Below, piece after piece: positions 26,343-30,998 of a stretch of DNA of 30,998 nt. Numbering within the stretch: the stretch's first letter is position 1; the number at the start of each line of letters is the position of its first letter. Location: assembly GCA_002127415.1 (NCBI GenBank), contig MWJR01000139.1, positions 1 through 30,998 on the forward strand. The letters run 5' to 3'. The translations under genes and the position numbers were made by a program. Below the pieces are notes generated by a model. That model searched no databases, was not told the DNA's origin, and saw nothing but the letters and a program-made list of their open reading frames with translations. Source of the stretch: Calditrichaeota bacterium AABM5.125.24. Its GTDB lineage: Bacteria > Electryoneota > AABM5-125-24 > Hatepunaeales > Hatepunaeaceae.

Positions 26343-27701
26343 TCAATGGGTAAGGGCACCCGATACCACTTGATTTAACACAGAATAGAACCGATCCAGA
26401 TCATCGCGGGTTCGCCTCTCAGTAACTGCGACCAGCAGACAGTTATCAAGCCCCGGTTCCCACCGACTCAGCTCAGGACCAGCAAATATGCCGTGTTCAA
26501 GGAGGCGGTTTCTTATCTCTGCGGCCGGTCCCGGCAGTTCAAGAACAAACTCGCTCCAGAATCCACCGTTCCAGCGCAGCCTGCAGCCGGGTATTCCGCT
26601 CAGTCTGCCTGCCAGATAGTGCGCCCCTCGATAGCTGTTCAACGCGGCCCGTCTGAGGCCGTCACCGCCCATCAGACTCAGATAGACCAGCGCTGAAAGA
26701 GCCACCAGGGCCTGGTTGGTGCAGATGTTCGATGTGGCCTTCTCGCGGCGGATATGCTGTTCGCGTGTCTGGAGTGTGAGGACATAGCCGTCCTGACCTT
26801 TAGTGTCTTTGGTCCTGGCCACCAGTCTTCCCGGCATCATCCTCACCAGCTCCTTCCTGACGGCGAAGAGACCGACATACGGTCCCCCCAGCGACAGCGG
26901 CACCCCGAACGGCTGTCCCTCAGCCGTGGCGATATCGGCACCCCATTCGCCCGGCGGCTCCAGCAGACTTAGGGTGGTCGGGTAGGTCGATGATACTACG
27001 AGAGCCCCCGCGTCGTGAGCGACCCTGGCAGCCTTCCTGACCGGCTCGATCAGCCCGTAGAAGTTCGGATGCTGAACCACCACCGCCCCGGCGCCCCGGC
27101 ACTGCTCCTCAAGTTCGTTCAGGTCAATCCGCCCGTCCTGACCATCAAGTCGCCTGATATCGATGCCGGTGGGCGCGCAGTAGGTCTCGACAACCCTTCG
27201 ATAGTCAGGATTAAGTCCAGCCGGAAGAACCACCACCTTTCGCCTGGTCTTCCGGACGGCCAGCAGAACCCCTTCGGCCAGGGCTGAAGCACCGTCATAG
27301 TGTGAGGCGTTGGAGGCCTCCATACCTGTCAGCCGGCAGACCATGGTCTGGAACTCGTAGATAGTCTGCAGGGTCCCCTGTGAGACCTCCGCCTGATATG
27401 GTGTATAGGCAGTGCAGAACTCCGACCGTGAGATGATATGTTCAATCGCCGCCGGGATGTAGTGATCGTAAGCCCCCCCGCCCAGGAAGCAGAGCTTCTC
27501 ACCGGCCGGGACGTTATCACCGGCGAACAGCTTGAACTCCTCCACCAGCGCGCACTCAGAAGCACCCTCTGGAAGCTTAAGCGCACTATCCAGACGATAC
27601 TGCTCCGGAATAACCCTATTAACCAGCTCTTCGACCGAAGGCAGCCCTATGGCTTCGAGCATCACACTGCGATCAGCGTCGCTATGGGAAATGTAGTCCA
27701 A
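26343..27701 (-). CDS. gcvPA: Glycine dehydrogenase (decarboxylating) subunit 1 (P-protein N-terminal subunit)
   Basis: 452 aa with MDYISHSDADRSVMLEAIGLPSVEELV... and ...FLGGGAYDHYIPAAI..., typical of split glycine dehydrogenase subunit 1. gcvH lies directly upstream. Confidence 0.9.
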   Translation of the reverse strand: MDYISHSDADRSVMLEAIGLPSVEELVNRVIPEQYRLDSALKLPEGASECALVEEFKLFAGDNVPAGEKLCFLGGGAYDHYIPAAIEHIISRSEFCTAYTPYQAEVSQGTLQTIYEFQTMVCRLTGMEASNASHYDGASALAEGVLLAVRKTRRKVVVLPAGLNPDYRRVVETYCAPTGIDIRRLDGQDGRIDLNELEEQCRGAGAVVVQHPNFYGLIEPVRKAARVAHDAGALVVSSTYPTTLSLLEPPGEWGADIATAEGQPFGVPLSLGGPYVGLFAVRKELVRMMPGRLVARTKDTKGQDGYVLTLQTREQHIRREKATSNICTNQALVALSALVYLSLMGGDGLRRAALNSYRGAHYLAGRLSGIPGCRLRWNGGFWSEFVLELPGPAAEIRNRLLEHGIFAGPELSRWEPGLDNCLLVAVTERRTRDDLDRFYSVLNQVVSGALTH

Positions 27702-27706
27702 TCGGA

Positions 27707-28099
27707 TCAGTCTCCGCCGCTCTGTTCGATCAGCTTACGGTAATCATCCGCCGAGAGCAGGGTTTCAACCTCCCCCGGTTTGGCAAGGCGAACTTTGATT
27801 AACCAACCGTCATCGTAAGGTGATTGGTTTATGAGCTCCGGCGACTGGTCCAGTGATCCATTAACAGCGGTCACCTCTCCGGATACGGGCGCAAACAGGT
27901 CGGCAGCCGCTTTCACCGCCTCCACAGCACCGAACGTCTTACCCTGAACAACATCAACGCCGACCTCGGGAAGTTCGATGTAAACGATGTCCCCGAGCTC
28001 ACTCTGCGCATAGTCGGTGATGCCGACCGTGGCCTCCTCCCCCTCGGTGCGAAGCCATTCGTGGTCGCGGGTGTAATGTAGTTCAGAAGGTATCTCCAT
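27707..28099 (-). CDS. gcvH: Glycine cleavage system H protein
   Basis: 130 aa with ...YTRDHEWLRTEGEEATVGITDYAQSELGDIVYIELPEVG... and the lipoyl-lysine motif ...VEAVKAAADLFAPVSGEV... Confidence 0.9.
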   Translation of the reverse strand: MEIPSELHYTRDHEWLRTEGEEATVGITDYAQSELGDIVYIELPEVGVDVVQGKTFGAVEAVKAAADLFAPVSGEVTAVNGSLDQSPELINQSPYDDGWLIKVRLAKPGEVETLLSADDYRKLIEQSGGD

Positions 28100-28146
28100 T
28101 ATAACTCCCGGATTGTGATGTCAGACGTATGGTCGGAAACCTTTCA

Positions 28147-29493
28147 TCAGTCCTGCAACTCGCCGCTGATAAAACCCTCCAGAAACGCGGTATGATAGTC
28201 CCCTGTAGCGATCTGCCGGCTGGCGATCAGCCTGCGGTGCAGTGGTATGGTAGTGGCAATCCCCTCGATGATGAATTCGTCCAGCGCGCGTGCCATTCGA
28301 CAGAGCGCTTCGTCACGGTCGTTGCCGAATGCTATCAGTTTGGCGACCAGCGAGTCGTAATACGGTGATATGACATAGCCGGCATAGGCGTGGGTATCGA
28401 CCCTGATACCCATGCCTCCAGGGACATGAAATGCGGTTATCTCTCCGGGCGACGGAGTAAAACCGCGATCCGGATCTTCAGCGTTGATGCGGACCTCGAT
28501 GGCGTGCCCTTCAAGGGTGTGATTGTTGCAATGGCTCTGTTCACCCGCTGCAGCAAGTATCTGCTCCTTCACCAGGTCCACACGGGAAACCATCTCGCTG
28601 ACCGGGTGTTCGACCTGAATGCGGGTGTTCATCTCCATGAAGTGGAAACCATCCCCCTTAACCAGGAACTCGACGGTCCCGGCGCCAACGTATCCCACTG
28701 CTTTGGCACCCGTCACGGCAGCATCGGCCAGCTTCCTGCGCATCTGCTCGGATAACCCGGGCGAGGGGCTCTCTTCGAGCAGCTTCTGATGTCGGCGCTG
28801 GATGGAGCAGTCACGTTCACCGAAAGTAACCACAGTGCCGTCCTGGTAGCCCATAATCTGCACTTCGACGTGGCGCGGGCTTTCGAGGAAGCGCTCGAGG
28901 TATATCTCACCGCTGCCGAAGGCCGTCGCAGCTTCAACGCGCGCCATCGCGAAGCTGTGACCGATCTCTTCGGGCGATCTCACCACCCTCATCCCCTTGC
29001 CGCCACCACCGGCAGCGGCCTTGAGAATAACCGGAAAGCCGACCCTTTCGGCCTGCCGGAGGGCCTCCTTTTCGTCGGCGACCACACCTTCACTGCCGGG
29101 CATTATCGGAACGCCGGCTTCAGCCATCGTCTTCCGGGCCAGCGCCTTGTCCCCCATCCGGGAAATGGTCTCAGGCGAAGGCCCGATGAATGACAGCCCG
29201 GATTCGATGCAGATTTCGGCGAACTGTGCGTTCTCAGCCAGGAAGCCGTAACCGGGGTGGATGGCTTCGGCGTCAGTGATCTCAGCCGCACCGATGAGAC
29301 GCGGGATGTTCAGGTAGCTTTCGCCGGCCGGGGGCGGGCCGATGCAGACGGCTTCATCGGCGAACCGGACGTGAAGCGCGTCGGCGTCAGCCTGACTATA
29401 TACCGAGACGCTGTCCACCCCAAGCTCGCGGCAGGCGCGGATGATCCGGAGTGCGATCTCGCCCCTATTGGCCACCAGTATCTTGCGGAACAT
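28147..29493 (-). CDS. accC: Acetyl-CoA carboxylase, biotin carboxylase subunit
   Basis: 448 aa with MFRKILVANRGEIALRIIRACRELG..., the ATP-grasp motifs and ...EMNTRIQVEHPVSE... Confidence 0.93.
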   Translation of the reverse strand: MFRKILVANRGEIALRIIRACRELGVDSVSVYSQADADALHVRFADEAVCIGPPPAGESYLNIPRLIGAAEITDAEAIHPGYGFLAENAQFAEICIESGLSFIGPSPETISRMGDKALARKTMAEAGVPIMPGSEGVVADEKEALRQAERVGFPVILKAAAGGGGKGMRVVRSPEEIGHSFAMARVEAATAFGSGEIYLERFLESPRHVEVQIMGYQDGTVVTFGERDCSIQRRHQKLLEESPSPGLSEQMRRKLADAAVTGAKAVGYVGAGTVEFLVKGDGFHFMEMNTRIQVEHPVSEMVSRVDLVKEQILAAAGEQSHCNNHTLEGHAIEVRINAEDPDRGFTPSPGEITAFHVPGGMGIRVDTHAYAGYVISPYYDSLVAKLIAFGNDRDEALCRMARALDEFIIEGIATTIPLHRRLIASRQIATGDYHTAFLEGFISGELQD

Positions 29494-29970
<477 letters not shown>

Positions 29971-29985
29971 AGGCCACCTCTCCCC

Positions 29986-30549
29986 TTAACCCTTCGCCCG
30001 CTCGAGGTAGGTTCCCGTGCGGGTGTCAACCCGGATAACCTCCCCCTCCTCGATGAACAGCGGCACCTGAACCACCGCACCGGTCTCCAGTTTGGCGGAC
30101 TTGGTCACGTTGGTTACCGTGTCCCCCTTCATCCCCGGCTCGCATTCGACTATCTTGAAATCAATGAAGAACGGCAACTCCATCAGCAGCGGCCTGTCAC
30201 CGTGCAGCGAAACCTTCACCTGCTCCCCCTCCTTCAGGAAACGGGCGTCTTCCCCGACAACCTCATCAGGAACGGATAACTGCTCGAAAGTTTCCTGGTC
30301 CATAAAGATAAAGCCGGTCCCCTCCCGATACAGGTATTGCATCTGCCGCTCGTCGAGCCTGACCACCTCGATCCGCTCCCCGGAACGGAAGGTCTTATCG
30401 AGGACCCGGCCGGAGACCACGTTCTTCAGTTTGGTGCGGACGAAGGCGCCGCCCTTCCCCGGCTTGACGTGCATGAATTCGACCACGGTGAAGAGCTGTC
30501 CGTCCAGCTCGATGGTCAGGCCGTTTTTTATGTCAGCGGTGGTTGGCAT
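29986..30549 (-). CDS. efp: Elongation factor P
   Basis: 187 aa with MPTTADIKNGLTIELDGQLFTVVEFMHVKPGKGGAFVRTKLKN..., the canonical EF-P sequence including the K34-equivalent loop. It belongs to the conserved efp-accB-accC cluster. Confidence 0.93.
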   Translation of the reverse strand: MPTTADIKNGLTIELDGQLFTVVEFMHVKPGKGGAFVRTKLKNVVSGRVLDKTFRSGERIEVVRLDERQMQYLYREGTGFIFMDQETFEQLSVPDEVVGEDARFLKEGEQVKVSLHGDRPLLMELPFFIDFKIVECEPGMKGDTVTNVTKSAKLETGAVVQVPLFIEEGEVIRVDTRTGTYLERAKG

Positions 30550-30571
30550 TTTCGTGGTCTTTTCGTGGTCT
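30550..30571 (-). repeat. Tandem 11-bp duplication (GACCACGAAAA x2 on the minus strand) abutting the efp start codon
   Basis: Plus strand TTTTCGTGGTC-TTTTCGTGGTC sits directly 5' of the efp ATG on the coding strand. Confidence 0.5.
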
Positions 30572-30592
30572 CAATTTATTACTTATTATGGG

Positions 30593-30668
30593 ATTGTCAC
30601 TGCGAGACGCGAAGCGCCGCGGCAATCCTGTTCGAAAAAGATTGCTTCGCTTCGCTCGCAATGACAAT
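30593..30668. repeat. Long hairpin of the GTCATTGCGAGCGAAGCGAAGC family (copy 2), ending 4 nt after the ligA stop
   Basis: ATTGTCACTGCGAGACGCGAAGCG...GCAATCCTGTTCGAAAAAGATTGC...CGCTTCGCTTCGCTCGCAATGACAAT. The arms are reverse complements with an inner GCAATC/GATTGC stem. It is homologous to 339..410. Confidence 0.6.
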
Positions 30669-30671
30669 TTT

Positions 30672-30998
<327 letters not shown>

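Overview
This 31 kb window is GC-rich (~62%) bacterial chromosome, densely coding and mostly minus-strand, and nearly every gene is core housekeeping; I find no CRISPR array, tRNA or rRNA, integrase/transposase or prophage. In coordinate order the genes are: a partial C-terminus of a protein carrying a type IX secretion (T9SS) sorting domain, a split transketolase (N- and C-terminal subunits), and a five-gene run in which every junction overlaps by 4 bp (a TPR lipoprotein with a TonB C-terminal domain, pyrK, pyrD, an RlpA-like lipoprotein, cdsA). Then rpsT, guaB overlapping by 4 bp with a GH2-like glycosidase fused to a polytopic membrane domain, rpe, a kinase-less PASTA protein, rsmB, a truncated YugP-like zinc peptidase fragment, fmt, yajC, an LVIVD-repeat lipoprotein and tgt. 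Then a BNR/Asp-box beta-propeller protein with a T9SS sorting domain, a PAP2 phosphatase, an RsuA-type pseudouridine synthase, an SPFH/band-7 protein, gcvPA, gcvH, accC, accB, efp and a partial ligA. Two proteins with T9SS C-terminal sorting domains point to an organism of the Fibrobacteres-Chlorobi-Bacteroidetes (FCB) group. Canonical GGAGG/AGGAGG Shine-Dalgarno sites precede rpe and the SPFH gene. The unusual content is non-coding and architectural. At least three families of GC-rich nested-palindrome repeats sit in intergenic regions (a MITE/REP-like GTAGTCGGG...CCCGACTAC family with 4-5 copies, a GTCATTGCGAGCGAAGCGAAGC hairpin family, and GGGCGCGA-N4-TCGCGCCC palindromes), and a rival C7/C7/G7 hairpin sits in the rpsT leader. 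The PASTA-only protein occupies the PrkC slot of the conserved fmt-rsmB-(prpC-prkC)-rpe neighbourhood. The rsmB reading frame stays open about 450 nt upstream through the peptidase fragment. The GH2-membrane fusion is the most unusual gene. I found no self-contained new multi-gene system.
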